A stretch of 64,000 nt of DNA from the human T2T-CHM13v2.0 reference genome, Homo sapiens, in NCBI RefSeq assembly GCF_009914755.1, contig NC_060925.1. The stretch is one strand, 5' to 3'. Below are positions 42,361 through 56,765 of the stretch, in pieces (position 1 is the stretch's first letter; each line of letters begins with the position of its first letter). The position numbers and the translations under genes were made by a program. The notes beneath the pieces were generated by a model that saw only the letters and a program-made list of their open reading frames with translations, searched no databases and was not told the origin of the DNA.

Positions 42361-44339
42361 TTCATTGGACTTTGAAATGTTCAAATCAGAGTAGTTAATC
42401 AATTTGCCAAAGTGTATACAGCTGGTATGTAATAGAGATTGTTTTCCATTTCAGATTAGACTTTATTTTCTAGAGAGTGTTTCCTGATTCTTCAAACTGG
42501 GTGAGGGATCTCTCCAATATTTCCCCCATACTCAGCATTGTCATTTATCTTTTCACTCAGGATAATAACTTATTTAATAAATTGTCAATTCCTCCAGGCA
42601 AAGATGGTGTCTTTTCTTATTTCACAATTAAGCTCCCAGTTTTTATTAAAAATTCTGTTTCCACCATCATGTTTGCTCCTTTATGTCTTCGATTTTACCT
42701 CCATTATTCATAACAACTTTCTTTCATTTAGCACTCGTAATTTTCCTGGCACCACGCTGGCTTTCTTATATATTAACTCTTTTATGCTTCCTAACATGTC
42801 TTGTACAATAGGTAGTACCATTTTCATTTTAAAATGAACCCATAGCTCCATTCTTTACTTACAGCCATTACCTAATGCAGTCCCTAAGGTCTTACCAGAA
42901 CATTCTAGTTATTGCATGATGAAATAATTAGTATATATCCTTCCTCTTTCTGTTGGAGTTTCATAACTTTTCTTCAAACAGACCATAAGGGCCAGGTATC
43001 CCTCAGCATTTCTAAGAACAGCAGCAGCCAGGATGTTTTCAAGGCCTTACTTCAAAACAATTAGAAAATAGCACCTATGACTCCTATTTTAGAGGAACTG
43101 ACACATATTCACAGTTGCATTTTTCTTTTGGAAACAGATTTACTTCTTGTCTTCCTCCTTTGTTTCTCCTTTTATCCTCAATGTTACTTTCTTTTGAAAA
43201 ATAATCTATGGGCTGGTAGTGCATAAAATATATTCAGTAAATGAAAATAATACTTTATTCTTTTAAATTGTGATTCATAAAATAGGTAAAAAGGGGAAGA
43301 TGAGTTAAATTTGTCTAAAAATAAATGAAAATTAATGGAAATTTTTAAATATTAACATTTATCAATCAGCATATGATTACTGAAAGAAGTATCAGCATAA
43401 AATTGAAATTGATTCTCAAAATTTTGAAATGCATAGACTTTTCCTTATGTATTTATTGTACAATGTGGAAATTACGTCTTCTCATTTTAAAATGCTACAT
43501 AAAAATTTGAGTTTTAAATGCAAGCTTTAACCTGTATTTCTAAGTATTTGGAAAACTTATGGAATATTAATATAAAATGAGAAAAATAATTTAATATTTT
43601 CAATATCCTGCCTTGTTTCTTCCTTTCTCTCCAGGAACAGTGAGCCTAAATATTAAATACATATATTTGGATATGATACTATGTATGTACATTATGCACA
43701 CACACATAAATGTATCTCATTTTATGTGAATAGTATTACCTAGCTATGAGAATGAGCACTTTTTTTGCTAATGAGGAAGAAAAGACACAAGCACTTTCAT
43801 ATAGCAAAATTCTTTTTCTAAATTCTTTAATATAGTCGCAGAGATTCTTGCTTAGTCAGCTGTTAACTGGCATTTGGATGCTTACACTTAGAATTTTATC
43901 GGCCTCAGCAGCTTATTTGATTTGCAACCATTGCTGCTGACCCAGAAATATTTACTTATGTGACTTCTTATGAAGTGTTCAAATTGCACTGAGTAGGCCC
44001 TGGAAATACATTACTTTGGAGTACAGTTCTCTATAGTTTAAAACAGGACATTGCATAAATCATAGTTTTGAATGAAAGGAAAACGAGTGAATCAGACCTT
44101 ACAAGCTTGCTTTAGTTTATGATAGCATAAGCTAGGAATTTGAATTGAGGGGTTCCGGAAATAACGCAAACGACCTCATTATTTTACATATATGAATTCT
44201 GAAATCACTACGAAGTGATTTTACTAAGACCTCACAATCAGTTTGAGTGTGGTCTAAGAAATTGTGTGAGCTGATACCTAGTATAGCCACATGTCTTTGT
44301 TACGAATTAATATTGGTTAATTAACAACATGGGCACTGC

Positions 44340-44530
44340 ATAAAGTTCAGTTGTGTTCACATTCTGGCTCTGATACTTACTAGACCTCTGGCAATCAGAA
44401 ACCTAACTTGTAAGCCTCAGTTTATTCATCCGTAATATGTGTGCTAAAACTGTATTGGCTTATTGTGAGATGTGAATAAAACAATGCATACTTGGCACAG
44501 TGCAGGACACATGGTATTAAGAAATGTTTG
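44340..44530 (+). mobile_element. MIR
   Basis: ctggctctgatacttactag...gcctcagtttattcatc...ttgtgagatg...cttggcacagtgc. Confidence 0.65.
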
Positions 44531-44652
44531 TTATATTAGTGAATCTTATGGGTTCTTTGTGCTCAAAAAATATTTTGTCTTTACTTCTAGTTGTCAGTGT
44601 CCATAGCCAGAAATGGACAAAGATTTGTTTACTTAAAAAGATAAAAGTGTAG

Positions 44653-45022
<370 letters not shown>

Positions 45023-47464
45023 TTAGCAGTTTTCATTTCCTTTGGTCAATACCTAATTCCTTTTATACCTTTTGTCACTTACTATGAAACTTTAAAAAAC
45101 TCTCTATTGTATGAATGTATAAGAAGTAGTCTTGAATGTTAAATTATAAATATTAAAGACATAGGTGTAGCTTTTGAAAAACTGAGGGTGATCTAGTTTA
45201 AAATGGGAGATTAAACAGTGGAAAAATTAATACATTTTAGGCATGCCTTTTTGCACTCTTAGGTTATTAGAAGGAAGGAAATCTGTAATGAACTCTTTAC
45301 AGTTTCTGACCCTGCTACTGATATTGAACTGACAATTACAAAAGGCAGCTTGCGGGGATGAAGTGATGCATTGGCACTGAAACTAGGGCATCTTTTCTGC
45401 TTCTAGTACCCGCACTGTTTAAGCAAATATCAAGGGTCTAACAGCTTGATATGCATTCATGGCCCAGAACCCTCAAATTATACCATGTGTCTTGACACTG
45501 ATGCAGATGCAGTCCTCAACCATTTGAGAAAAAAAAAAGTTAAAAAAATTTGCTATTGTGACAGTGCATTAACCTGCTCTCAGCTGCTCAGCAAGAGACA
45601 ATGTAAGTGTTTGTCAGTTAAGGATGACACAAACCTTTGCCTTTGAACTAAAAGGGTTATTAAGTTAAACACAGTGCTTATAAAAAGGTAGTTACTGTTG
45701 GTTTGAAGACTATTACTATGCCATTATGTTCTGTCAATGAATTTTCTTATTGTAATAACGACTTGGAAGTGTAGAATTCTTTCCTGCAGGTTCTGAACTA
45801 TAGAAGGCAACATCAAACTTTGAATTCCCTCAGTGTATTCTGGTTCCTCTAGGTTTATACTCCATTGTAATATAATACCTCGGTTTGATACTTCTGGGGA
45901 TGAGATAGGACATGCTCGAGGGTTTTAACCAGAAGGAATAAACTGTTTTGTTGTTCTGTGAATACCAGCTTGCTTAAACTGTGCTTTTCTCTCAACTTCC
46001 AGGCTCACCACTGTGATTAATAACAACTCTTTAAAAACATAAACTCTTGAAAATCAAAGAAACATTTCAAAAAACAGCTGTGCCCTAATAGTAGACTGAT
46101 TAATTTCTGTTTCTCTTCAACATAACTAACTAGGACAACTTGGCTCTATTTCAGCTGAAAATGCATTGGCATTTATCTAATGACTGTAAGGAAGGCAAAT
46201 GTTACATGTTAATATTTCCATAAAACCGGAGCTTAAGAAAATCAAAGGCACTTTTTACTTGACTTGGAATGAACAAAATTATTCTGAAGGCTTCTCAGAG
46301 CCTTAAGATGATTCAAACCTATTGTTTCTGATTTTCCATTGTGGTGACTTCTACGGAGATAACTATCATTTTAATAGAACAAAACCAGAGGTGAGTTGCC
46401 ATATTTTAAGAGGTTGTTGTCCCATTTGATTTTCTACCTATAGCCAACTAATTTTCTTTTAAATCAAGTCTATATTATGATCACAAAACTTTTGCCAGGT
46501 TTAAAGTTCTATGATGTGATTTTCACAAACAGGTGGTAGAAATTGGACATTCACCAATGGGAAAGCTGGTTTGTGCCATCAAAAAAAAAATACTTGGTAA
46601 TTGTGGGATGTAAAAGGTGGGTAGCTACAGGCTGGGCACAAAATCAAATTTCCTTCTTACACAATTACTTTTTATTGTGTTTTATATTATTCACATAATT
46701 TAGTTTTGAGGATACATAAAATGACATGTAAAGACTGATTTTTTTTTACAATCATTTTAAGTACTATGACGATTTTTAAGATAGCTCTAGCTATCCTAAC
46801 TCTTATGAACATTGAATCTTCACGTTGTTGTTACAGAATCCAACTATGTAGACAGCTGGTGTGGCATGTTAGTTTCTAGTGCGTTGGTTGTCATTGATAC
46901 AGCATCTAACTTTAAAAAGTCACGGGCACACATACACACAAACCTTCAAATTGTGTAACTTTACAAGGAAACAATTAGTGGGCCAATTTCAGCTATGTAT
47001 ATTGAAGAGTTTTCTAATTTAAAAAAACAGCTAAAATCGCCTGAAACTAATGTCTCTAAATCATTTTTGGTGATCTTACACAAGAACAATATAGCTTAAA
47101 TATATGTTGAGAAATCACAATTATAAAATTGGAGGGTCTGCGTGTCTATGATTCTTTAGCTTTTAATTTTCTTACCTGTAAATAAATGAACCAAAGTAGA
47201 TGGTTTTTAAGGGACCTTATACATAAAGCCCCTAGACCACATCACCTTTCATTATCATGAGAATGAGATTCCATGATTGCTATGCTTTTGATTCCTCTCA
47301 TTCTTAAAATGTTTGCTTTTATTTCTTTGTCAGAGGATAGAATATTTCTTTTATTAGACTATTAGATTATAGGTTTGATATTAGTTAACTGTCTTTTGAA
47401 TTTCTGAGAAGCTCTTCTACAATTGAGAGTTGGTTTGTTAATGATTTATGGTGTACTACTGTTA

Positions 47465-47866
<402 letters not shown>

Positions 47867-47986
47867 TTACACACGGACTTTACTACATTAATAGAGACAT
47901 GATTCTCCTTTTGTAGACCTGTTCTTTGCAGTGCCATGTTCATTAATGCTTCATTTTTTTGTATGTCATTATTGTTTTTACTTAAG

Positions 47987-48102
47987 CAAAGCTCATGACA
48001 TTACAGGAGGAGCAGAGTTCTATCATGTAGAAGTTCATTCACCCGAGCATGCTTCCTTATCATCATCTCATCTTGTGCCGGTATACAAGTAAGATCAGCC
48101 AG
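47987..48102 (+). other. Candidate 116-nt non-coding or 5'-UTR exon
   Basis: T-rich tract then ttaAG|CAAAGC...; donor CAG|GTAAGA; unique sequence, more GC-rich than its flanks, with 2 CpGs; stops in all frames. Confidence 0.35.
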
Positions 48103-48104
48103 GT

Positions 48105-48320
48105 AAGACTAGCACTCGACAAACCTGAGTTGTAGTTTTGGCTTTCCTACTTCCCAGTTGCCCGATGTTGAACTAGTTATTTAATCCTTCTAAGCCTAAT
48201 TATCTCATGTAAAAATAGGGTAAATATATGTAACGTATAGTACAGTTGCAAAATTAGATAACATATAGTGGGGATATTCTATAGTGCCTAAAGCACATTT
48301 GTTGCTCAATATATGAACAT
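48105..48320 (+). mobile_element. MIR
   Basis: aaacctgagtt...ctagttatttaatccttctaagcct...gtaaaatagggtaa...tgctcaatat. Confidence 0.55.
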
Positions 48321-48763
48321 TAGTATGTGAGCATCATGTTTACTAGCAAACAGTCTTTTATTCTATTTTCCCAAAATTAAATTTCCCATTTGGAAGGAAA
48401 TTTAAAAATATTTATATAATTATTATATTATTTACTGGGCTGATAAGCTAGTTTTCATGCACTCAAATGTATATCCTGTCAGTTTCTGTTACTCAAATTA
48501 GGTATAGTTTTATGGATAATTTAATGTTTAATATCCCAATTTACTTGAACTGGTATCTTAGTAAATATACTCTTTGTAAGATAATTTATTTTTCAATTCT
48601 GTACTTCAGAAAGACTTTTTATATCAATGTGCGTGTATTTGCTTTTGTTATTTACCAATAATAATGTGGTTCACAAAAATGTGAATAATCTAGACTCTCG
48701 AAGATAAATTTTATTCATCATGTATATGTCTCACCTAGTGGAGCTGTTGTACTTGAAAAACAG

Positions 48764-48769
48764 TCTATC

Positions 48770-48812
<43 letters not shown>

Positions 48813-48832
48813 CATCTATCTATCTATCTATC
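48764..48832. repeat. (TATC)n tetranucleotide STR
   Basis: Direct reading; more than 15 units with a TCCA interruption. Confidence 0.95.
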
Positions 48833-51800
48833 ATTTTTCATCCATCCATACACCTATCATTCCATCCATCACTTAATTTATCCATGATATTCTTTAGTGA
48901 GTAAAGCTAATACCTGTGCCATTCTTGGATTTTTCACAGCTTATTTTCACTATTGCTAGCCTCTTCGTCCACTCAGTTCAAATTTGATACCTAGAAAGTC
49001 TTTTATATCTACTTTAACCCACAGATGATTTCATCTTTCTTTGAATGTGCAATCCCTATAATATGTAGCTTTTGACTAGTAATTAGTCATATGCTGTCTT
49101 TCAACATTTTTTGAATTGCTATTGACTTCTTATATGGTTAAGTTTTTAAACATGTATGTTTAATTCTAATTATTTAAATTTAGAGTTATTAAAATCGCAG
49201 ACTATGACTTATGCTTCTTTATATTATTTTACTTGTAGAAACACAATAACTATTTGTTTATGGTTTATTCTAAAAGCAAAGACTAAATATGTAAACATGT
49301 CCTTTAGTTTCACAAGTGAAAGTCCTCATACTATTAAATAAAGATTCACTAGACATAGGGACTTAATAACTCCCTGGAGCATTGATCCTTCATTTTACAA
49401 ATTAGGCAGCAAATACCAGGTTCTACTTTCTTGTTAGTAGAGCAGGAAGAAAAGATGTGTGGCCTAAGCATAACTTAACAAAGCATGATTTAGCGTTACT
49501 GGAAAACTTAGTTTGTTTACTTCAAGACAAAATATTTGTGAGAGTTTAAATCTCTATTCAAGTATTAGTAACTACTCTTAAAACATGTTTTGGAGCAAAA
49601 ACACTTCTCTTAGCCTTAATTTGACTTTGCAGGCTGTACCTCATTTCTCTCAACCTATATTTTTCTGCAGCTGCTGAAATCTCTAAGGAATATCTCTCCA
49701 TGGAGACAGAGCCAGACGGCCCAAGTCTCTTCTCTGTTCTTGAGTTCCTGTTTTCAAGTAATGATTTGGATAAACTGGAGACCAGTTTCCTTTCCTCCAA
49801 CTCTGGCAGCTGAAATTAATTCTCCAAAGACTCCTCTTTGGAGGCAAGCAGATGGTACACATGCACATGTTTTAGTTTCGATTGTACCAGTTTTGAATAA
49901 TTTAAAGTTCCAAATCTCTATAAAACTACTGTATTCCCATTTCCCAATACATTTTTTTCTTTTGCCTCAGAAATTCTTTCGTTATATTTTGACATTTGGC
50001 TGAAACTTCGTTCACTTTGTACTGGCTTCATTGTCACACACCTCCTGCTGTTCTTTGTTACAATTTTAGATAAGTATGGCTTTAGAAAACTAAGATGCTT
50101 TTAGAAACTATTCTGCTGGTGATTTTCCCTTTACCATTTGCAAAGCATTTTGTATACATAAACAGCACATTAGCCAAATGATATTGTTATCACAGTTTCT
50201 GTTGGTCTGCACTTGGCTCTCGCTTTAGAATTACCCCAAATAGGTTTGCAGAATTTTATAGTTGCATTATGAAGCACTCAATAATATGTATGAACTTAGG
50301 CATTTCTTTTCTGCCATTCTGTTTGAGAAACAGCCCATCCTATCTCTGCTGAAGATTCATTGCTGCTTCAGGTAGAACGTGGTAAGTAGGTAATGTTTAG
50401 AACAATCTTTAAATAGATTTGAGCTTTTCTGTCCAACTTTGAAGTGTCCTCATAATTAAATTGAGAAAACTGGCCAATAATGGTCCAAATTGTTTGTGAG
50501 ATTTAGTTATTTGTGAACATGTATGTGTAAACTCACACACATATATGCACATACATAGACAGCTACTCAAATCAGTTAGGAAGCTCTTCTATTATAGCCA
50601 CTAAAGCTATGATTCAGTTCCAGATGAACTTCACTGTTTTATTGTCATTGCCTTCCTCTGTTACAATGGCTAAGACACAAGAATAACTATGAGAGTGTGC
50701 TATATTAGCACAAGTCATCATCACTTCAAGAAAAAAGAAACTTAAATATATAATCAATTTAGAACAAGGTTGTAATCTCAACTGTGAAGATGAAAACAGT
50801 ATAATCTACACTATGTAACTAGCCTTTACCAAATTATATTTTATACTGTTTTATGGTTCATCCAACCCTTATAAAAATTATATCACTGTAGATCACCATA
50901 TTATGAAGGCATAAACTAAACCTGAAAAATATAAAGTGATTTTAATGTATACAATCATGTATGGAAATGAGGATACAGTCCTTAGGAACCGTGATGGCAA
51001 ATTTCTTTTTTTTCACTTAAAATGGGACAAAATAAAGAATACACCATCTATAGAATACTCAAGTATGTTTTGTTGAGAATAACATTCTGTTATTTTAAAA
51101 ATATAACTATTTGGAAATAGAATATAAAACACATTGTTCTTTTGTTATTTGTAGATAAAGTTTGGAAAACAGAAACTCAGAACAACTGAAGAGAGCCTCA
51201 GAAATCTCATCTTTTTGATAGAACACTTCCCTTAGGGACTTTAACAATTGCTATGCAGAATCAACAAATAAATAACTTTCAGTGGTGTTTTGTCTCTCTT
51301 GATTTCAACCATTCAAGTGATGTGACTTCTACCACTTCCCTTGAGGGGTAATTCCATATTCCAGCAGTTTTCACTGTCAGGAAGTTTCTCATGCGCTCTA
51401 CCCAAGTTGTCTTTTCTCTAACTTCCTTCCATTTCTGAGTTACACCAAATCTGAACACATCACTAAATGGCTTCTCATTTCTAGTGAGGGCTTACACTTT
51501 TAAACATTTGGCTGACTAGTGTTTTATTTCTCACTTTCCCAAGAGTTATATATTTACCTCCAACACACTTCTTTCTTCAGTCACTCTACTGTCTTCATCA
51601 ATTTCAAGCCCTTCCCTGAATAGCCTTTAAATTTGTTTCCTAAATAGTTTGAAGCGAGGCATAGGAAAATCATAGTTCTTCTATAAACCACTTAAAACAG
51701 TACCAATATTTATGTGTTTCAATTCACAACAAAAGCCAAGAAATCAGAAAGTAGATCGCTGACAAAATAATGAGGGAATAGGACTTCCACCTTAGGGACT

Positions 51801-52045
51801 GCTTTAATTTGAGAACTGAAAGATCACTTCTCGAGAATCTGTTGCAGAAACAGTGTACTAAAAATGGAATTTCAAAATTCACAGAATTGTAAGGTAAGTT
51901 ATACTCAAAATCATCCATTCTTTCATAAGAGACTTAGAATGCACTTGTGGCTACATCAGTGCTAGTTACTGCTAAGATGAAAAGACTGGCTTGTGAATTG
52001 GTAATTAGACAAAGGCATTGTGATTACAATGGGAAAGAATCGCTA

Positions 52046-52088
52046 TTACTTTGGTGCAAAAGTAATTGCAGCCTTTACCATTAAAAGT
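52046..52088. mobile_element. Half MADE1
   Basis: ttggtgcaaaagtaattgcagcctttaccattaaaagt; right arm absent. Confidence 0.7.
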
Positions 52089-53008
52089 TTAAGTATAAAG
52101 TATAAGTGTAAAGTAATTAAGTATAAGTAATTAAGTTTAAGTATAAATATTAATACATAAATTCTATACCTGGAGCCTTGATAATGTCACAGACTGATGG
52201 ATATTTTTGTTGTTTTCCTCCTCTTCCTTAAACTGTAATCTCATCTGTGTTTTATTTTACCACTTTTTCTTATTTAAGTTTCCTAAATTGTGTTTCATTT
52301 GCTGTGTTCTCCATGGTTCTATATTTTAAATTCCACTTTGATTATCTTAAAGCTAAAAATGCTTATGTTGTGACTAATCATGACTTATATGTATTATTTT
52401 TAGGCTACACCTTAAGCAGTGCCATATTTTATATATGGTTACATATTACAAAACTCAGTAGAGCCTATCTTGGCAGAAAATTATTTTCACATTTAAATTG
52501 GACTGAAATTTACTTTGCCGAAAAAGCAATTATTATATGTCTATGATGTTCAGGCAAGGTGTTGTGTTCTTGTTAGTTATGCCACTTGTTCATATCTAGC
52601 ATGGAAGGGTATGTAAATAAATTTCAGTTATTTATTTAAAATTGGATAGTAGCAGTCCACAGAGGGTACACTGAGGCACAGCAGTGGGAGACCAAGCCTA
52701 GAAGGAAGGGACAGGGAGTGAGGGATGGGAAAGAGTGACGTTTCATATGAGTGTTCACTTGGAATAGGTTTTTACCAAACACCGGGAAACCATTACCAGG
52801 TTGATGAAGCAATGTCAGGTCACAAAGCATGAACCAACCTGATATGCTTGTTCAAAGAACTGTTAATAATTTGTATTCCTGGAGCATGAGATACAGCAGA
52901 GTATGGATAAACTTTGAGATGAAATGGAAGAATTGAAAAAGGCCAAATGTATGTCATAGAAAAGATTTTGAACTTTAACTTTAGGGTTATATCACATTAT
53001 CATCCTTG

Positions 53009-53199
53009 TGCCAAATTCAGCCTCTCTTGTTTTCTCAAAGAAAGGTTTATCGGAACACAGTCATACCATTTGTTTACATATCGTCCGCATCTGCTTTTAC
53101 ACTACAGCCACAGAGTTGAGTATTGGTAGCAGATATTACATAGCTTGCAATACTTAAAATATTTAATATCTGGGTCTTTATAAAAAACCTTCCCTGCCC
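53009..53199. mobile_element. MER58A (hAT-Charlie)
   Basis: ggaacacagtcataccatttgtttacatat...cagagttgagta...aaaatattta.tatctgg. Confidence 0.8.
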
Positions 53200-53788
53200 T
53201 ATGCAATGTAGAGGTTCTGAAAGATTTGAGTCAAGAGATAGTATGATTGGTCTTCCCTTTCAAGAAGTTGGATTTAGGGGAAGTAAGACAATAGATTGGA
53301 GGTGTTATAAAACTAAATAGCCTGTAATAGCACTAAATAGACATGTAGTAGTGCTTTATATGTGTTGTTTCTAGTTCCTTTACTTTCTTACTTTATTACA
53401 TTTTCAACTTAAATTAATGGTACCTGATATTTTGTCTTCTTGCCCAATATATTAATTACTAAAAATTTTACCTCATAGATTTAAAAGGAAAAGCAGTAGT
53501 TTTACAAATGCCGTTTCAAAAAGTAATTTATAATTTAAGGTTTGTGCGGTCTAAATGTCTATTTTTGATTATACACATTTTCTATTTTTATATAAAACTA
53601 CCACCAGCAGCAATAGACATTTTGTTTTGCTTTGTTTTGTTTATCTCTTCTTAAGGCTTAGACATCTATTGTGCACTCTTTGTATAAAAAGGACTTTGTT
53701 GATACAGATTTAATATAATGAAAGTTTTTTATGTTGAAGGGAAATGTAATTTGATTTTAAAAAATCCTAAATTTTACATTCTTCTAGC

Positions 53789-54009
53789 ACAAATTTTCTC
53801 AATCACAGCACTATTGACATTTTGGGCCTGATTAAATATTTGTTATAGGGGGCTGTCATGTATTGTAAGATGTTTAGCAGCATCTCTGGCCTCTTATATG
53901 CCAGAAGCAACCCCCTGCCCCAAGTTGTGACAATCAAAAATATCTCCAGACTTTAACAGATGCCAAACATCCCCTGAGGGGGCAAAATCAATGAGGTTGA
54001 GAACCACTG
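53789..54009. mobile_element. MER20
   Basis: ttctcaa...cactattgacattttggg...gatgtttagcagcatctctggcctc...gttgtgacaatcaaaaa...ggttgagaaccactg. Confidence 0.88.
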
Positions 54010-54673
54010 AATCTTGTTCTTCACTGTTCTGCATTCTCACTGAATATATCTTTGATAAAAATAACAAAAGAAAAGAAAAGCTGTATGTTTTTTAATCACA
54101 AAGTTGAGACCACAGGCTAATGGTAGGGTGATGATGTGCTGTGTCCTGGTCTATTCCTAAAAATTGACTTCATGTTGTGACATTTTCAATACTTGCAAAA
54201 ATCTTCATCATAAAAATGAGGTATCAGATTTCAATTGTCTCATTTTTATATTCCCCCGCTGTAGTTTGTTGACCTTTTCAGTATTCTAAGCAAGATTTTG
54301 AAAGAGCTGACCATTTCCTTCTCTTCCTATTAAAAAGTACAGTAACCTGTTGTAAAGACTGAAATGACTGGCCAACTGAGATGAAGAATTTTAAAAAGGT
54401 CAGAATGGTTCACTACACAATATATTTCAGAGTGTTTGTAAAGCATTTGAATGTGTGAGTTAACTTTTTTGAAAAATAAAATCTAATCTAATGATAAAAA
54501 ATATACGGTATGGACTGATTAATGCTCTTTTTAAAGTGAGTCTAACTTGTTTTTCTAGCTTTTGCTTTGTGGTCAACTTAGAGCACTGGACTTTATATAA
54601 CCCCATGTTAGAATAATTACTGTGTTACTGTTAGGCAACTATTTATAGTCTTTCTGAGTCCTGGAATGCTTAC

Positions 54674-54953
54674 CTCTCTGTGGGTCTACTCAGCCATACA
54701 GAATTTCCAGACAAAAAGGTAAAACTCATTCAAAGAAGAAACGTTAAATTTTCTGCTTCTTCAGCAACACTGCAAGAATTTTCGTTTAACAAAGTGTCAG
54801 CATCAGCAATACCATTATCAATGGACATCTGGTTTTCATTCTCATGCACATAGGCAGCAAATTTAAGGTCCAGTTTAGCATATTCAGTGAAGTAAATGTG
54901 TTTGGGAGGGGTATTGGAGAAAGTGAGTGAGCTTCCACACTCTTGAGGCAGCA
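54674..54953 (-). other. Candidate 280-nt exon
   Basis: Strong donor GAG|GTAAGC; weak acceptor aatttaaaattcAG; one frame open for 74 codons to a stop at 54730. Confidence 0.2.
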
Positions 54954-55561
54954 CTGAATTTTAAATTACTTATGTATTAGAAAGGCAAATGCATTAGGAC
55001 ATAAGACTTCTGTTAGCATAGAGATTTTAAAATACAATATTTGTGACACATGTAAATGTCATGAATTCTTGAATACAACAATCATGTTAAATTTTGTCTA
55101 TTCTCTTTGTATTTAGTGCATGGAATTATCAAGGGACACAGCTGCTTCCTGAATACTTAACTACAAATACTGAATTGAAACAAAGGGTAGGAATTAGATA
55201 TTAAAATTTATTTCTACTTATAGCATATGAAATCAATGTACAGGTGTCACAGGAACTGAGAGGTGTGTGCAAGGATAATGTAAACTAAAAAAAAATTTGT
55301 ATTGGCACAACTTTTGCTATATGAGGAAGAAAAATAACTTTACCCGCAAATTTTACATTTAAAATTTTAATAACAAAGTTATTTTTGATTTCATAAGTTA
55401 ACATACTGCATCCCTAAGACTGAAAGTTCAGAGAAGGAAACATGGGCAGTACATATTTTCTATCTAGATATGTCCAGAGTCCCATCCCTAAAACAAAATT
55501 CAAGGTAGAGGTCACAGAACCTGGCTTCAAATTTAGGATGTGTGACTGTAGTTCATTATTT

Positions 55562-55594
<33 letters not shown>

Positions 55595-55605
55595 TATAGA
55601 TAGAT
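55562..55605. repeat. (AGAT)n STR
   Basis: Direct reading. Confidence 0.9.
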
Positions 55606-56765
55606 ATATTGCTCTCTATATAACTATATATATAATTATCTAGATCTATTTAGATATTTATCTAACTTCTTGGCAGATTTCTGTAGTAAAATGGTGTTAA
55701 TAACAGGTATTTTAATTAAAAGAAAATTTTTGAAAAGATAGACATATTGTTAATAGTTGTATTTTTATATTAAATACTTGGAATTATCTAGGGACAGGAA
55801 TGCTAGCAGTATAAAAACTCAGTTACTAATAAAAAAATTTAAACTATACCTATTACCATATCCATGAGATAAATTTAGATCAGAAGAGAAAATTGTGTAA
55901 TAGATTATCTCTTCCTTGAAAAAGTATATTATTTAAAATAATTTTTAGGAAAAAATGGAGGAGTGTTTGTGAGTAAACTCTCTTATATTTTTTGAAACAA
56001 TATTCAGTTATTCAGACCTGATCAATTAATATTTGATTGTAACTATAAGCCAGATACTCTGGTTAGCCAGAAAACAATGAAAAAAATAGTACTTGATTTT
56101 GAGGAACATACAGTCTAGTTGCAGATTTGGAATTGCCTTATCACCACTTGGAACATGCTATAAATGTGAGCATGACAAGGTGCCAGGAAGAAGAGTCTGG
56201 TATTGCTGTAAGTAATTTCAGATGTAAAAAATTAAGTTTAAAAAGGTTATTTCTTGTGGTAAAAAAATTGGGCGATATAAATTAGGATTCAAATATTCTA
56301 CCTCCTAACCTAAAATTCTTCCTATTAAAACCACTATTTTTAAACTGATAAACTTAATTTTGGGGGGCAGTTTAGAGTCATAGCAAAATTGAATGGAAAG
56401 TACGGTTCCCAGATAACCCCTGTTCTGACAGATGCATAACTGCCCATGTATATCATCAAAATTCTGCACTAAAGTGGTATATTTGTTACATCTGATAAAC
56501 CTACAATGATACATCATTATCAGCCATAGATTATGAGGTACAACACCAATTGGAGTTGCATCAAAGCGAGTCACAGGAAACTTTTGGTTTCCCAGTGCAT
56601 ATAAAATTATGTCTACATTATACTCCTGTCTATTTAGTGTGCAATAGCATTATGTCTAAAAAATGCTCATACCCTAATTAAAATTACTTTATTGTAAAAA
56701 ATGCTAACAATCATCTGATATTTTAGCAAGCTGCTTTGTACTAGTGGAAGGTCTTGTCTTGAGGT

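Noticed and set aside
49558-50003. Overlapping short ORFs and possible exon
   Set aside because: No recognisable protein family, and splice signals are ambiguous.
51848-51899. Perfect donor AAG|GTAAGT
   Set aside because: No convincing upstream acceptor; isolated consensus sites are common.
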